From contig NC_134033.1 of assembly GCF_964204645.1 (NCBI RefSeq), positions 2,190,131-2,254,130 of the forward strand: DNA of 64,000 bases, read 5' to 3'. The notes beneath the pieces are model-generated. The model made no database searches. It was not told the DNA's origin and saw nothing but the letters and a program-made list of their open reading frames with translations. How positions within the stretch are numbered: the first letter of the stretch is position 1; every line of letters starts with the position of its first letter. The stretch is from Tubulanus polymorphus. Lineage: Eukaryota > Animalia > Nemertea. Of the stretch, positions 1 to 19,734 are shown in pieces. A program made the position numbers and the translations under genes.

Positions 1-350
1 CAGTGCTTCACCTGAGACATTTTTAATTGAAAATGAAATACAAACACCAGATATTAGACATTTTATCAGCAAACTTTCACAAACTGATCGTCCACACTTC
101 ACATGTGTTCAGAACTTCACCTGAGACATTTTTATTGAAAATGAACTACAAACACCAGATATTAGACATTTAATCAGCACACTTTCTAAAAATGTGTTCA
201 GTGCTTCACCTGAGACATTTTTAATTGAAAATGAACTACAAACACCAGATATTAGACATTTTATCAGCAAACTTTCACAAACTGATCGTCCACACTTCAC
301 ATGTGTTCACTTCTTCACCTGAGACATTTCTAATTGAAAATGAACACTTT
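1..350. repeat. Internally tandem dispersed repeat (cacctgagacatttttaattgaaaatgaactacaaacaccagatattagacat...), window-truncated
   Basis: About 4 similar units here; reverse-complement copy at ~50240-50415. Confidence 0.8.
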
Positions 351-481
351 CAAAAAGAGAAGTTTGTATTTTGCGCAAGTGAATGTCTATAAAGGGGTTC
401 TAGATTGATAACTCTGTATAAACACGCTTTCTGTCAGTAAATGATCATAATTTAATATCGTGAGGTTATTATCTATTTTAG

Positions 482-2590
482 TTGGTACTCACAACGGTTG
501 TTATATCGGTCGCCGGTATTTCCAGTGTCCAGACAGACACGGAGTATTCGTATCGGCGAATCAAGTTCGATTCATTCGTCTCAAGCGAAGGTAACTAAAT
601 CTTTACGAAGACATCGATTCACAGAATAATACCTAGCAGGGGCCGGTTCCATAGACAGGGCTTAGACTTAAGACCGGTCTAAGACGAACTAAGTTCTATA
701 GCCAATCTAACAACTTAAGACCAGTCTAAGACAAACTTAGTTCTATAACCAATCTAACAACTTATGACCAGTCTAAGATCATTTTAGTTCTATAGCCAAT
801 CTAACAACTAAAGACCAGTCTTAAACCGGCCCCTGAACAGGGATGAGATGGTTGTGAATAGTGCCAAAAGTTCTGCAAAGTAAATTTTTGTGTTAAGAAT
901 GTGAAAATCTTTGGAAAAATCTTTTCATTTCAAATTGATCCCTTGATATTTACCTGACCTTGACAAAATAGTCCATGGATTAGAAATATAAATCATGAGA
1001 TATCCAAATAGGGTTCTTACAGATCAGGGAATCCTAAATTCCCTGATATTTCCCTGATGCTTGACCAAAACTTGCCTGATTAAATTATAAGATATCCTCA
1101 GTGAGGGCTGTTTCTTATCAAGAGGTTCCTTGTGTCACTCGTCACCAGCAAGAACAACAAGACACCAAAAATTCAAATTCCCTGATTAAATTATAAGATG
1201 TCCTCAGTGAGGGCTGTTTCTTATCAAGAGGTTCCTTGTGTCACTCGTCACCAGCAAGAACAACAAGACACCAAAAATTCAAATTCCCTGATTAAATTAT
1301 AAGATGTCCTCAGTGAGGGCTGTTTCTTATCAAGAGGTTCCTTGTGTCACTCGTCACCAGCAAGAACAACAAGACACCAAAAATTCAAATTCCCTGATTA
1401 AATTATAAGATATCCTCAGTGAGGGCTGTTTCTTATCAAGAGGTTCCTTGTGTCACTCGTCACCAGCAAGAACAACAAGACACCAAAAATTCAAATTCCC
1501 TGATTAAATTATAAGATATCCTCAGTGAGGGCTGTTTCTTATCAAGAGGTTCCTTGTGTCACTCTTCATCAGCAAAAGTTTAAATTAAAATCTATCTATT
1601 CAAGAAAGGATCTAATATTCCCTGCAGGGAAAATAAATCCGGAATCTGGTAATTACTGGTAATTATTTCAATTTTACAGACTTTTCAATAGTTACCGAAG
1701 TGTCAATCAATCAACAGTTGATTCAACGTTGTTCAATAGTATAAAAGGTAAGTGTTCGCCCGAAATTTTTAGCGGAATTAAAAAATTAACTACTTTAATT
1801 ACAAATGAACTTTTTTTAATAAGATGAAGCGATGCAAAACGCTGAACGAAATCGAAAGTCGAAATCAACTGAAGATTTATCCGGTGAGTACGAAAACTCC
1901 ATTGCCGCAGCAGCCTTTGTGGGTCCTCGTTCTCGGATACTTTCCGGCGGAATAGGGAGATCGTATTCTGGTCAAAACGAAACGCACCAGAAGAGAATCC
2001 TGGAATCAGTAGAGATCGCTCGAAACCTGATTTAGTCGGATGAACATTTTGTTAATCCTAAGTTGCCGCAGTAGGCTTTGTGGGTCCTCAGTCTTGATTA
2101 TAAATATTTCGACTGCAGTTTCGAGTTTAGATCCGTTTTTACTAACAACAAGTCAATTCGTTTAGACTGACAAAATTTCTCCATTTCAATAAACTCCTTT
2201 AGTCAATTCACTATTGTTTGATTTTCACTTTCTGTTTGATTTTTTTTTCTAGTAGTCGGAACGGAGTGTGATCCGTGGATGACTCAGAGCAGACGTTACC
2301 CGCGTCTGCAGGCGATCAGTAAAATGATCCCCGCGGCGACGATGGTGCGCCCGCGAACCACTCAATCGCTGTGTTACAGTTACCGCTCGACGCCCGTACA
2401 CGCGGAATACTGGCAGGACGTCGAACAATTCAACCCGAGTCCGACCATACCGAAAACGCACATGCCGCATTCCGCGCAGAAACGTCTCGTCCGCCTCGGC
2501 TGGGGTGAAGGTCATCTAATACGCGAGCACACGGTGAATACGTATCGCGAAACGGTTAAAAGACATCGGTGGAACGACGTTACCATCTGA
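482..2590 (+). CDS. 3' part of a CAP-Gly domain-containing protein (5' exons lie upstream of the window)
   Basis: Phase-compatible GT-AG exons 482-590, 1680-1747, 1824-1883, 2253-2590 (TGA). The first reads GTHNGCYIGRRYFQCPDRHGVFV, matching the CAP-Gly GxxxG...RYFxC...GxFV motif. Confidence 0.75.
637..835. mobile_element. MITE with CAGGGGCCGGTT/AACCGGCCCCTG TIRs and internal ~47-bp repeats
   Basis: Terminal inverted repeats; the internal unit aagaccagtctaagctcattttggttctataaccaatctaacaactt recurs across the window. Confidence 0.75.
1075..1575. repeat. 106-bp tandem repeat, ~4.7 near-identical copies (intronic)
   Basis: aaattccctgattaaattataag recurs at 1175, 1281, 1387, 1493. Confidence 0.95.
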
Positions 2591-2607
2591 GAAATACAAC
2601 CATCTGT

Positions 2608-3040
2608 TACTGTAACTAGTTACAATACAGCGATCTGTTGTAACTAGTTACAATACATCAATATGTTGTAACTAGTTACAATACATCAATATGTTGCTGT
2701 AACTTGTCCCAATACATCAATCTGTTGTTGTAACTAGTTACAATAAATCCATCTATTGATGTAACTAGTTACAATAAATCAACATGTAGAAACTAGTTAC
2801 AATTTATCCATCTGTTGTTACTAGGTATAATACATCAATCTTCTGTAACTAGTTACAATACATTAGGATTCCATGTTCTACTGTAACTAGTTACAATACA
2901 TTAGGATTCCATGTTCTACTGTAACTCTAATAATACTAATGTAAGCAGTCATAACGAGATACAGTTCATCCGATGTAACTAGTACATTTATTCACAGTAA
3001 CTAGTTACAATACATCTGTCCGTAGTAACTTGTTACAATA
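2608..3040. repeat. Degenerate ~30-bp minisatellite built on the palindrome GTAACTAGTTAC, just downstream of the CAP-Gly stop
   Basis: More than 10 copies of gtaactagttacaatacat variants. Confidence 0.85.
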
Positions 3041-3758
3041 CAGCCATTGGCTGCGATTACTCATACATTCGTCAAGAGATTTATTTCCATGTGGTGCCTT
3101 GTATTTTTTTTCCTCATTTTTGAGAAACTTTACGTTCGTAAAACGGATTAAATCCAGAAATAATGACCATAATAACGATTATGAAATGTTAGCATAAGTT
3201 AATAATTTTATTCATCATTCATTTACACGGTAAAACTCATGTTTTTGAAATGCGTGCACTTTTTACGAAAAAAGATCTGTGATATAAATAGTAATGTTCG
3301 ATTGAAAATAATAAATAAATTCAATATTTCGTTAAGTTACGCCACACGGCTTGCCTTGATATGATTTTCAAGACAAATTTATCGACGCCTGCATTTAAGA
3401 GTAAAATTCTAGGATCGATCCACTCGGGAGACTGAGCGCAAAGGAACACGTGATCTGGTCGAAAATTTCTTGTGACCTTTCGAAAAAGTCGCCTGGGAAT
3501 TCCATTAAAATACACTGAAATTAGAGAATTTTCCAGACCTTGCTGTTAACAGTACACGCTCCAGTCAACCCTGAAACTCGCCTAACTCCGTTAAGTCACA
3601 AGTCCGAATTCGCCAAGTTTACAAATCCTCCGAATAAATGAGCCGTTAATCTCTACGCGGAGTCCTCTATAAACGAGCCGTTTAAAGTTTTAAATTTGAA
3701 TTTTCGTCCGAAATGTGGTGAGATTTTCTCCTCTCACTCGTCGCCAGAAGCGGACGGA

Positions 3759-5275
3759 TTATTTCCCGATGCGTTGCACGACCCATTCCTGTTGACACAA
3801 CGGACACCGATTGTTCTGTTTCACCCACAACGACATACAACAATTGTGAAACGAATGATTGCACTCTCCCCAAACAACTGGAAAAAAAAGTACGAAAATC
3901 GATAAAAATCAAATCAAATTCCCAAAACCCAGGCTTAATTAAATACAATTCTGGATCCGGTTCCATAGTTGTTGTGGGTTAGAGTTAACTCTGAGTTAAA
4001 ATTAGTTCATTTTCAATGAGTTAACTGAGATAACCGGCGGATAAATACCACAGTAACAATGAACAGTTAATTATCACTACGTCAACTATCCACTGGTTAA
4101 CTCTAACCTTGGAATTCAGGACCCAGTTCCACAGTTGTGAGTTAGAGTTAACTCTGAGTTTAAATTAGTTCATTTTCGATGAGTTAACTCGGGTCAAATT
4201 TTAACTCCGAACTGTGGAACCTGGCCCTGGGGCTGCAGTTGCTCACAAGTTGGTTAGAGTTAACCGGTGGATAGTTGACATAGTGGCGCACAATAGTTCA
4301 TTGTTCCTACGGTACTAATCCACCGGTTGTCCATAACCAACTTCTGATCAACTGGTTCCACGAGTAGAGAGTATTTTGGTATAAGAAATCTTCCATTATT
4401 GACGCGATTTTATACAATTCTTCTCTAGATACGAGATCCAACATAGAATCCCACACCGCATCGAAGTTACGACGAACTTCATTCAGGGCACCAGAAAATC
4501 TGCTCCTTTTAACCGATGGTTCTTTATGTATATAGGCCTACAGCAGAACCTCGTTACAACGAACTTCAGGAGTCCAGAACAGGTTTGTTGTAAGCGATAG
4601 TTTTTTGTATTTCTTATTTGGGACGAAATTGATTATTTTTAACGACCAATGTCGAAATAACGAGGTTCACTGTGATGTAAATTAAACATCTTTTAACATC
4701 TTCAAACTTTTCTGCTGAGGCAAAACTGGAAATTTTTTGCTTGTATCCATAAGAAGTTTCATCATTGTATTCTCAATGATGAATTTGAGGCATTTTTCTT
4801 CACAGAAAAAAGGTTCTGCTTACCGACGCAATCTTCATGTTTATTTTCAGCCTGACATCTCAAACACGCATCTGAATTGAAAAAAAAACGAAAGAAATGT
4901 ATATTATCAATTATTGAAGTAACTTTCGAAACAAGCTTCGGCGCTATTGCACTTTAGTACCCCCTCCCAAAAATTTTCATTTCTGTATATTATCAATTAG
5001 GGAGGTATGTAGAGTCAAAATAAGTTACTTTTGACGAAAAAATTTTTACAAGTCAAAAAAGACAAAATTCTGATTCTTTACGCCCCGTAGCCGTAGGGGT
5101 CGCCTTTAATCCCATTCTAACGTATTTATTTACCCATAACTTGAACTCTACAGATAGCACACGTATCACATTCGACATCCCAGCTCCACATAGCCACCGC
5201 GTTCCATTTCTTCAACGTAAACATCTTTTCGGGTCGTTGAGAATTCTCTCTGTCCAGTTCCATGTCTTCCGCCAT
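3759..5275 (-). CDS. RNF7: RING-box protein 2 (RBX2/SAG/ROC2), 102 aa
   Basis: Exons 5275-5134, 4871-4824, 3877-3759 give [102 protein letters not shown]; not in the ORF track because it is spliced. Confidence 0.96.
4117..4229. mobile_element. ~113-bp hairpin MITE (CAGGACCCAGTTCCACAGTT...AACTGTGGAAC...CCCTG)
   Basis: TIRs; other copies at ~8937-9050, 12469-12582, 18748-18860. Confidence 0.75.
4541..4672. mobile_element. Tc1/pogo (Tigger)-type MITE
   Basis: TA|CAGCAGAACCTCGTTA ... TAACGAGGTTCACTG termini. Confidence 0.5.
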
Positions 5276-5837
5276 TTTGAACAATGAACGTCATGTGATC
5301 ATAATTAATATGTTGAAACAAAGTCAATAGATTCGAAACATATATATCGAAAATCTAAAATTTGTTGCATTTTGAAAAAAAGAAAAACTAACTCTAAGCA
5401 TTAGTCATAGATATTTTATATAGATTAAAATCTACTCAATTGTGTAGACTGGTTACCTGTGTGGGACAGGCAACTAGTCTACTCAAATGGGTTCAATAAA
5501 CTGTGAATTGTATTGATGTGCGAACGAGTGGTTTCGAATCCCGATTATTGTGAGTGAAAACTGTGCGCGCACAGGCCTGCGGTTTCGGCACAGTCCAGCG
5601 AACATAATGAATGACCAACGATACGTGCAGAAACACGATTTTCACATATTTTTACATTTCATATCAATTGTCTTGATTTTTTAACGTTGATATTTTTCTT
5701 TTTGAATGAGCTTTCGCACTCAAACACTTGATCCTAAGACGGGGTAATGTTTCGATTAGATCCACAAAATACAAAATACAGACCTGGATTCAGAGTCAAA
5801 TTATTTCTCAAAAGATATGGATAAGTTATGTGGAACT

Positions 5838-6460
5838 GCAGGGGCGGATCCAGGGGGATGGGTAGACGGTATTGGAAGGAAATTTAAGGGCACCTTTGCG
5901 ATCTTAGGGCACGCCCAGTATCCAGGTCAATGCGAGCGCCGAAGGCGCGAAGTGCATAGAGGGGGGTCTGGGGACCCACCCCCAGAAAATTTTGAAAATA
6001 TGGTACCATTTGAAGACTTTTAGAGGGCTTCTAGAGGCTAGCAGAGCAATCCAGAATAAACGAATTCGAGACAAGATTTCAACAGATGCGGATAAAAAAT
6101 GAAACTGGCGAACCCATGAAAGAATGGTTGTCGCCAACTTCGCCTAGTGCCCCTATAATTTTTAAAAGTGCCCCTTAACAATTATACAGAATACGACTAA
6201 GTGCCCCTTCATTGTTAACAATCGGCAAAAATTGCCTCGTCTTCACATTTATCCTTATGTCGTGTGCCATCTTCCAAACCAAAAGTGCCCCTAAAATTTT
6301 AAAAATTAGGCAAAAAAGTGCCCTTTTCTTCAACATCTTCCGCGTATAGTGCCCTCTTCTAAAGTACGAGTTCCCCTTTAGCCCTCCCTGAAAAGGCGAG
6401 GACAAGGTGCCCTCATCTAAAGCATGAGTGCCCCTTGCAAAAGGAAAGTGCCCTTTTTAA
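5838..6460. mobile_element. Non-autonomous DNA-transposon remnant(s), CAGGGGCGGATCC end with gtgccc-rich subterminal repeats
   Basis: Same terminus and gtgccc motifs in elements at 15724-16023 and 62425-62842. Confidence 0.55.
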
Positions 6461-6867
6461 TTTAAAAAAATCGTATTTAAAGCGCGGTTCCAATCGCGTC
6501 GTACTGAGGGTCTAAAAACGATCGCGTGGTTAATCGGACATTCAGAAAACCGGGTAGAATGCGTCGTGAAAGGCGCAAAATATATTTCATGCTTTCATAC
6601 AACGAATCGATCGCTTGACCACGCGCAGCAGACGTGCCCAAAATTGTACTGCATTAACAAAGGCATATTATTTATGTACGTCTGTTAAGATCTGATGCCG
6701 CATTACGAATCGCCACGCGTACCGTTTAAAACAATGTTTCCGAAATACTGAATTCACGAAATCGTGGCCGGCATTTATTATGCGCACTAGCCGTAACGAC
6801 TAAACCCCTAAATCACCAAGGGGATTTCGCATTGAAAGCGCACGCGTGTTCCTGCAAGTCCGTAGAT

Positions 6868-7000
6868 TTTATATAAAAGAAATGCTATGACCATTCGAAC
6901 TTGTACATAAAACAATCCAGCTCGCCCTCGCGTCGCCGGCCTTTCTGGATCTGACCATCGCAGCGAGAACACCTACAAGTCGTCTGTCAACGATCAAAAG
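6868..7000 (+). promoter_or_regulatory. Promoter and non-coding exon 1 of eEF1A copy 1: TATA-like boxes (6870, 6904), TCT/TOP-like start CCTTTCT at ~6940, donor GT at 7001
   Basis: Motif spacing; a non-coding TOP first exon is typical of animal eEF1A genes. Confidence 0.6.
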
Positions 7001-8072
7001 GTAAATTTGATATTTCGTTAATTCAGTATCACGTTTTAGATCGATCAAAAAACTGTTTCGTTCGAATTCGAATACTTTTTAAACTTAGACTTATCAAATT
7101 ATGATCAGGTTCATATATATATATATATTTCTTATTTCATACTATAGACTTCGCTCCGATCAAGGTTTTTTGAGTAGTCTATATACTGTATAAACATTTA
7201 ATCAATTTTCAAATTATACTCTTATTCAAACGTTTACTATTTAGATGAAGCCTTATGAAAGACCACATTCCTACGTTCGCATATAATCTCCTTTTTATGG
7301 CGATCAAAACGAAACTTCAATTTGAATTCGCATACTTTTAAATTGTCAGATCATACGAAATCAATGCACGGTGTTTTCGGCATCTTTATTAGATTATCGT
7401 CTTCCATGAATCGATTATTTCGTCTTCTAATCTTTTCTTGAGTTATCTAATTCAACGCGTTCAAATTATCGATATTCTATACCATCGATTCCTACAAGTC
7501 CAAACTATATATAGAGCAGGCCGATACCCTATACCCTATTACCCGTGTTTATCCAGTTTTGATCGCGCAGATCAATTCCTCAATTTTTCATCGACCTCGG
7601 TCAAGATCAGGCCAGGTTAATAGCCTTCCACCAGTTTTTTTTTCAACAACGAAATTAGGAATAGTCTTTGATATTTGTCTAATTGATCGGTTTGATAGTT
7701 ATAATGATAATGAGATAATAATTCATTGCCATGAAATACACTTTGGCTTACATAATGATATGCATGAATCTCAAATCGGTAAAACAACAGAGTTAGATAT
7801 AAGAGAATAGTTGAGAATAAGTGTATCGTGTCCTTAACAAACCCAATGCGCTTAAGATACAGGGGGTTTGATCTTGAAATACTTGCCGTTCGAAAATATC
7901 AAACCAGTTTCAACTTGAAACCGTAAGCCCCCAATTCGATTTTTATGAGTCAAAACCAGTCTAAACGTTTAAAATCGACCAACAGTCATGGATGAAAGTC
8001 TATATAGGATGACGTGGGAAAGCGACGATCAGAAAAATATGTGATTTTGTTTTTCAATTTCAGAACATAAAA

Positions 8073-14863
<6,791 letters not shown>

Positions 14864-15723
14864 CAAGTCGCCGATAGTGCGTCCTTTCACGGTTGCATTA
14901 TTTCATGTATAATAATAAATATCGTTTTATTTTCTCTCAATCCTTTGACACAAAATAATAATAAATTTCTTGTCTTGAAATCATCACAAACCACTCAATC
15001 GCCTCTTGTTTCGCGTGTTCGTTTTCTTCACTCTAGAATTCTATACGAAAGTTGTAACCGAAAATGAATTGGCGGATTCTATTTGAGATCAGATGGTTCA
15101 TTACGTTCGACCAGTGGAGGCAGTTAAAAATGCAGTAGAGGTCGTTTCATCCTCGCTTCCCAGGGGTGCGGTATCGCTTCCCCGAACTCGCTACCACCAA
15201 CTCCCTGGCTTGTTGCGCATGACGGCATATATCGACTTGCGACATACTTCCTTGGTCGGTAAAACGTTCGCTGATTGGTCAATGGACAATCCAACAGAAG
15301 CCTTATGTCGCGTGGTCAAGGCTAGACTGGTTGCCGGTCTCTACCTTCAGTTCTATTCCGACTGCGAATGCAGGTGGCGCAGAATTGGACAGGCGACCAG
15401 TCTACACTAGACCGGGTGCGCAGGTACATGCGCAGCTTTGCCGCGCGAAAACATGCGGCGCCAATCAGATTGCTCGTTGTATAATCTCTGAGGTAAAATT
15501 TCACGGAAGAACTATAAATGGGAAAACCCGGGCTGAAATAAAACGGGATATCTTCTGATTGGCTAATAATGACAACATCTAAGCTGCGCACTCGGTCTGA
15601 TGTGCCGGCAGTGTTTCGTAAGTGGCAGTCTCGATGCCATCATGTTCGAATCCCTGCCGGGGAGGATGTGAAAAATATAACGTTATAACGAATCTGGCAG
15701 CATTTAGTGCCATATTGCCTGTA

Positions 15724-16023
15724 TCAGTGGCGGACTCGAGGGGGAGCAGGGGGAGCACTCCCTCCTCAAAATTTCAAGGTGCCCAAAAAGATTTATTTTT
15801 AAAATTTTTAAATTTGAGTAAATTTTTATTAAACTAAACCATTCGTAATTGAGTGTTTCAAAAATATAGTTGATGTTGTCCGGTGACTTTCATGGGAGGG
15901 GGAGGGGGGCTAGACCACTCTTCCTTTTCGACTCTTATCTTTGGCTATTTGATACAGGATACAGGATTCGCAAATCCCATGTGTCACCAGAACCTCCTTT
16001 ATCAAATCCTAGATCCGCCCCTG
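15724..16023. mobile_element. MITE, CAGTGGCGGA...TCCGCCCCTG termini
   Basis: Imperfect TIRs; family shared with 62425-62842. Confidence 0.55.
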
Positions 16024-16771
16024 TTATATCCACTCTAAAATCCGAGTGACATTTTTTTCGGGACACCATGTACGTAAATACTGATTAGTATTGTGTACAA
16101 TGTCGTATACTTTACAAACACATTTAACAAATCTATTTTCATTATTTTCCCTTCGTGGTGAACACAATGAATCATCGCTAATTAATGATTGAATTGAGCG
16201 ATGAATTTCTTGGCGACGGGTGAATTTGGCGGTTACGGCAGACTGGTTGCCTGTCCCATTCAATTGAAGATAAAGACCGGTAACCAGTCTAAACGAGCTT
16301 TGTACGTACTGCATAAAATACGTGTGGTATATATCGTATATTTTGCAAACACATTCTACAAATTGAACACGATGAATTCATCGCTAACGAACGAATTGAA
16401 CAATGAATTTCTTGGCGATAGGTATTTGGCGGATGGCAGTATAAACGAGCTTTGACTGTCATACTGCTTTGTACACGTATGGTTTAATCAGGGAAGTGTG
16501 ATGAGATGGTTTAATATACTTAAATTTAATTTGCAAACACATCATTTTACAAATTTGTTTCCATTATTTTCACTTCGTTGTGAACAGAATGAATTGATTT
16601 CGCCACTAATTAATGAACGAATGAACGATGAAAAGCTTCGAGAAATGAAGACTATTCAGATTTCGTCGACGCGATATCAGTTTTCCAATAGGCTTAATAT
16701 ATATTTGCGCTACATAGAAACACACGCGAGGTGTTCAGTGTTTGTATTTCGTGCAGAAGGCTCGACGAATC

Positions 16772-17722
16772 ATGAATTCTTCTCACATGCAAATTGCTAG
16801 ACCCTATAGCAGTTACTTAGCGCTGTTGTCGGTGCAGAACAAGTCTGGAATCTACCGCACTGTGTCACTAGTCGTTCTGCCTGTCCTGTTCCTACTGGGA
16901 GCCTTCGGCAATTCGGCTACTTTCCTGATAATGATAAGTCGCAGATTCCGCGGTTTGTCTTACGCTAACTATCTGATCGTTTTGTCTCTCAGTGATTTCA
17001 CGTTCTGCATCGATTTTACGCTGATGCCCGTCTTACAGTTCGTTCTCTTGCGATTGAACGTCGGTCTTGCGATGAATTCGCTGATCAGTTGTCAAATCTA
17101 CGAATCTCTGATGGCTTCTATGGGTGGTTGCAGTTCGTGGTTGGTAGTAGCGATATCTCTAGAACGCGCGGCAGTTGTGCTCTTCCCGTTCACATCTCGT
17201 TTGATATGTACACCGAGATTCGCCCGATGCGCCATTTTTGTCATTTTCATTACGACCGCATTTGCAATCGGTATTTATCCAATGGTGATCATGAATTTTT
17301 CCGACCTGTTATTCATGGGATGTTACTATGAATTATCTGACCAATCGACATGTTTTACCGCATTTGTCGCATATGCTTACATAATACCTTTACCGTTGAT
17401 TATGACATCAAATTCTGTTATCATAATTCAGTTATTCAGAGGTTCAAAAATGGTTTCGTCCGATCAGAAAACTACGAAATCAAAACGTACGACAATAATG
17501 CTCGTAACAGTTTCACTGGCATTCGCAATATTTACACTTCCGGACACTATTGCTGTATTCGTACCACTACCCGTGGACCGAAAAGAGTTTCTCTACGATA
17601 TTTGCATCAAGTTCCAGGTCTGCAATTATGTCGTCAATTTTTTCATATACCTTTTATTGGGACGAGAAATCCGTGAATATTTCTGTACGAGATTTTGCTG
17701 TAGAAATTCGACGCTGAAATAA
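16772..17722 (+). CDS. Intronless class A (rhodopsin-like) orphan GPCR, peptide-receptor-like, 316 aa
   Basis: Seven hydrophobic segments; GN (TM1), LSLSD (TM2), C before TM3, SLERAAVVLFP, FAIFTLP (TM6), NFFIY (TM7), C-terminal CC; first ATG at 16772. Confidence 0.88.
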   Translation: MNSSHMQIARPYSSYLALLSVQNKSGIYRTVSLVVLPVLFLLGAFGNSATFLIMISRRFRGLSYANYLIVLSLSDFTFCIDFTLMPVLQFVLLRLNVGLAMNSLISCQIYESLMASMGGCSSWLVVAISLERAAVVLFPFTSRLICTPRFARCAIFVIFITTAFAIGIYPMVIMNFSDLLFMGCYYELSDQSTCFTAFVAYAYIIPLPLIMTSNSVIIIQLFRGSKMVSSDQKTTKSKRTTIMLVTVSLAFAIFTLPDTIAVFVPLPVDRKEFLYDICIKFQVCNYVVNFFIYLLLGREIREYFCTRFCCRNSTLK

Positions 17723-18089
17723 TCATTGGCAAATTTGTTAACATACGTCATCTGATGCTGTATTTTGTTGAGATTGGTTGTTGATGTAACATGGTTTGAT
17801 TTCATCTGCTCAATTTTCTTTTGTATTGCGTCTCTGGCAAAATACAGTCAAAACAAACATACTTGAATCGAAACGCGGAAATGTCAGATTCTGAAGTATA
17901 TATGTTTGACGTAGGGTCCGCTATATGGCTGACAATTCCCACCAGGCAAAGTATTGTTTTCGATATAATGCCGTCGTCAAAGGCCTTATGACAAATAGTC
18001 CGATTGTGTTAGACTTCAAATCAACGACGAACAACCGTCCATGAATGTTTAAAAAAATGAATTACTCTCTACTTTCACAATAGCTTCAA

Positions 18090-18167
18090 CAAACCGATGG
18101 TCGTCGAGGCGTTCAGCGACATTCACCCGCTGGGCCGGTTCGCAGTCCGACTTATATGGCAGACGGT
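18090..18167 (+). pseudogene. Isolated decayed fragment of eEF1A last exon ([25 protein letters not shown])
   Basis: Aligns to 14689-14767 of copy 1; flanks are not homologous. Confidence 0.85.
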
Positions 18168-18601
18168 CAACTATAAAGAAGGAGGAGAAAATAAAGCATT
18201 TACAAATATTCACACAAAAATAAAACTTTTTATTGACAACATAAATGCACACAATATATACAGGGATATACATATAAACCTAGTTTAATGAATTTAACAA
18301 ATTGGGTACTTTGGATTTTTCAAAATATCGAGGTTACTAAAATTATTTGGATTCAATGCTTGCACACAATCGCCATCTATCGGAATGCGTGTAGATCAAC
18401 ACACTTGCGCGCGCTCGTGGCATGTCGACACGCGACCCCCAATCGATGCCGTTGGTTGTTTCCTATCCCACAGATGCACCCGGTTAAAGAAAAATTGGAA
18501 ATTAAATTTCCAGGTTCAGATTGTGAAAATCAGCTTTCCTAATACAATGTGGTTCAGGGTTTTCATGGGCAACACCAGTCAGGGGGGGGGGGGAGTTGGG
18601 G

Positions 18602-18922
18602 TGTCGTGGGGTGCAGACGAACCTTTATAGAACCAATTGCTCTCGGCTAACTTTTCAATTAGTTACGACGTTTTTATCTGACTTGAAACAGGAAAAAATG
18701 GCCCGTTGTCACTTCTGATATACTGTTCACCAAGTACCTTTAGAGTCTGGGTCCATTTCCACAGTTCTGAGTTAAGATTTAACTATGAGTTAACTCATTC
18801 GAAATGAACTAACTTTAACTCAGAGTTAACTCTAGCTCACAACTGTGGAACTGGACCCTGATGAACAGTGGGATCGTAGAGCGACGGGGATCACTGTGGG
18901 AACAAAAATTATCTGGACTGGG
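18602..18922 (+). repeat. ~320-bp near-identical duplicate of eEF1A-1 intron segment 12324-12644
   Basis: Direct alignment, fewer than about 10 mismatches, including the same nested 113-bp MITE. Confidence 0.9.
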
Positions 18923-19687
18923 GGAAAAATACCGAGGATAGAATATGATGCGCTTTTTGACGACCTGGCCGACTGCCTGGTATACCCCGCCCATTAACCA
19001 TTTATCATGATCAAGCTTACAACAACATACATGCAGCAGCTTTAAAGAAATGAACTGATTACAAATTTTATTGCGGTTTACGAAAGTGACCCGGCCGATT
19101 AGGAGAAACAAGGTATCACAATTTTTCTAGCCTGACCTTTGATTATGTGTCCCCCCCCTGCTGTCTTTTGTCGAGCTCTGTACAACAGAACTCCTAAATT
19201 TCGAGTTCGCTTTTAGAGCTTTAGTACCTGTTGATTCTATGGGCAAAAACTGGTCCGGAACTTTGTAAATGAGAGATCAGCATTTAAACATTCGTCAGTC
19301 TATATATCGAAAAAAAATCTCGCTCGTGTTCAGGTATTTTGTGTACGTTACATTACCCGACTTCGCCTGAATACAAGTACATCGAGGAAAAGTTTATTGT
19401 GAAAGTCTGGAAACCTAATTCAAGTTTTAGGCATGGAAAAATACTTGTTCCAATTTCATTCCTTATTTTATCAGAATCAACTGAAAGAGTCAAAGATAAA
19501 AAAAAAAACCCTTGATAATCCTTCAAATCGGTGCAGAACTGGATAGTTCAGCCCGTGTCCAAGTGTTTGGGGTCTACATTCCACTCCGAAGGGGCGAATT
19601 GTCCCCCAAAATGAAGCAGCTTCGAAATGAGGAGAACATCCCACAATGATAATAAAAAGTCCGAAAATGAAACTTCGAGATAGTAGT

Positions 19688-19734
19688 TTATTTCAACGTT
19701 TCGACTATATCCTAATAGTCATCTTCAGGAATAA
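19688..19734 (-). ncRNA. Minimal type I hammerhead ribozyme motif (Penelope-like element remnant)
   Basis: Minus strand UUAUUC-CUGAAGA-U-GACUAU-uaggau-AUAGUC-GAAAC-GUU-GAAAUAA. Confidence 0.65.

Noticed and set aside
109-300. Cys-containing ORF resembling a zinc finger
   Set aside because: Lies in a dispersed tandem repeat; no proper C2H2 spacing
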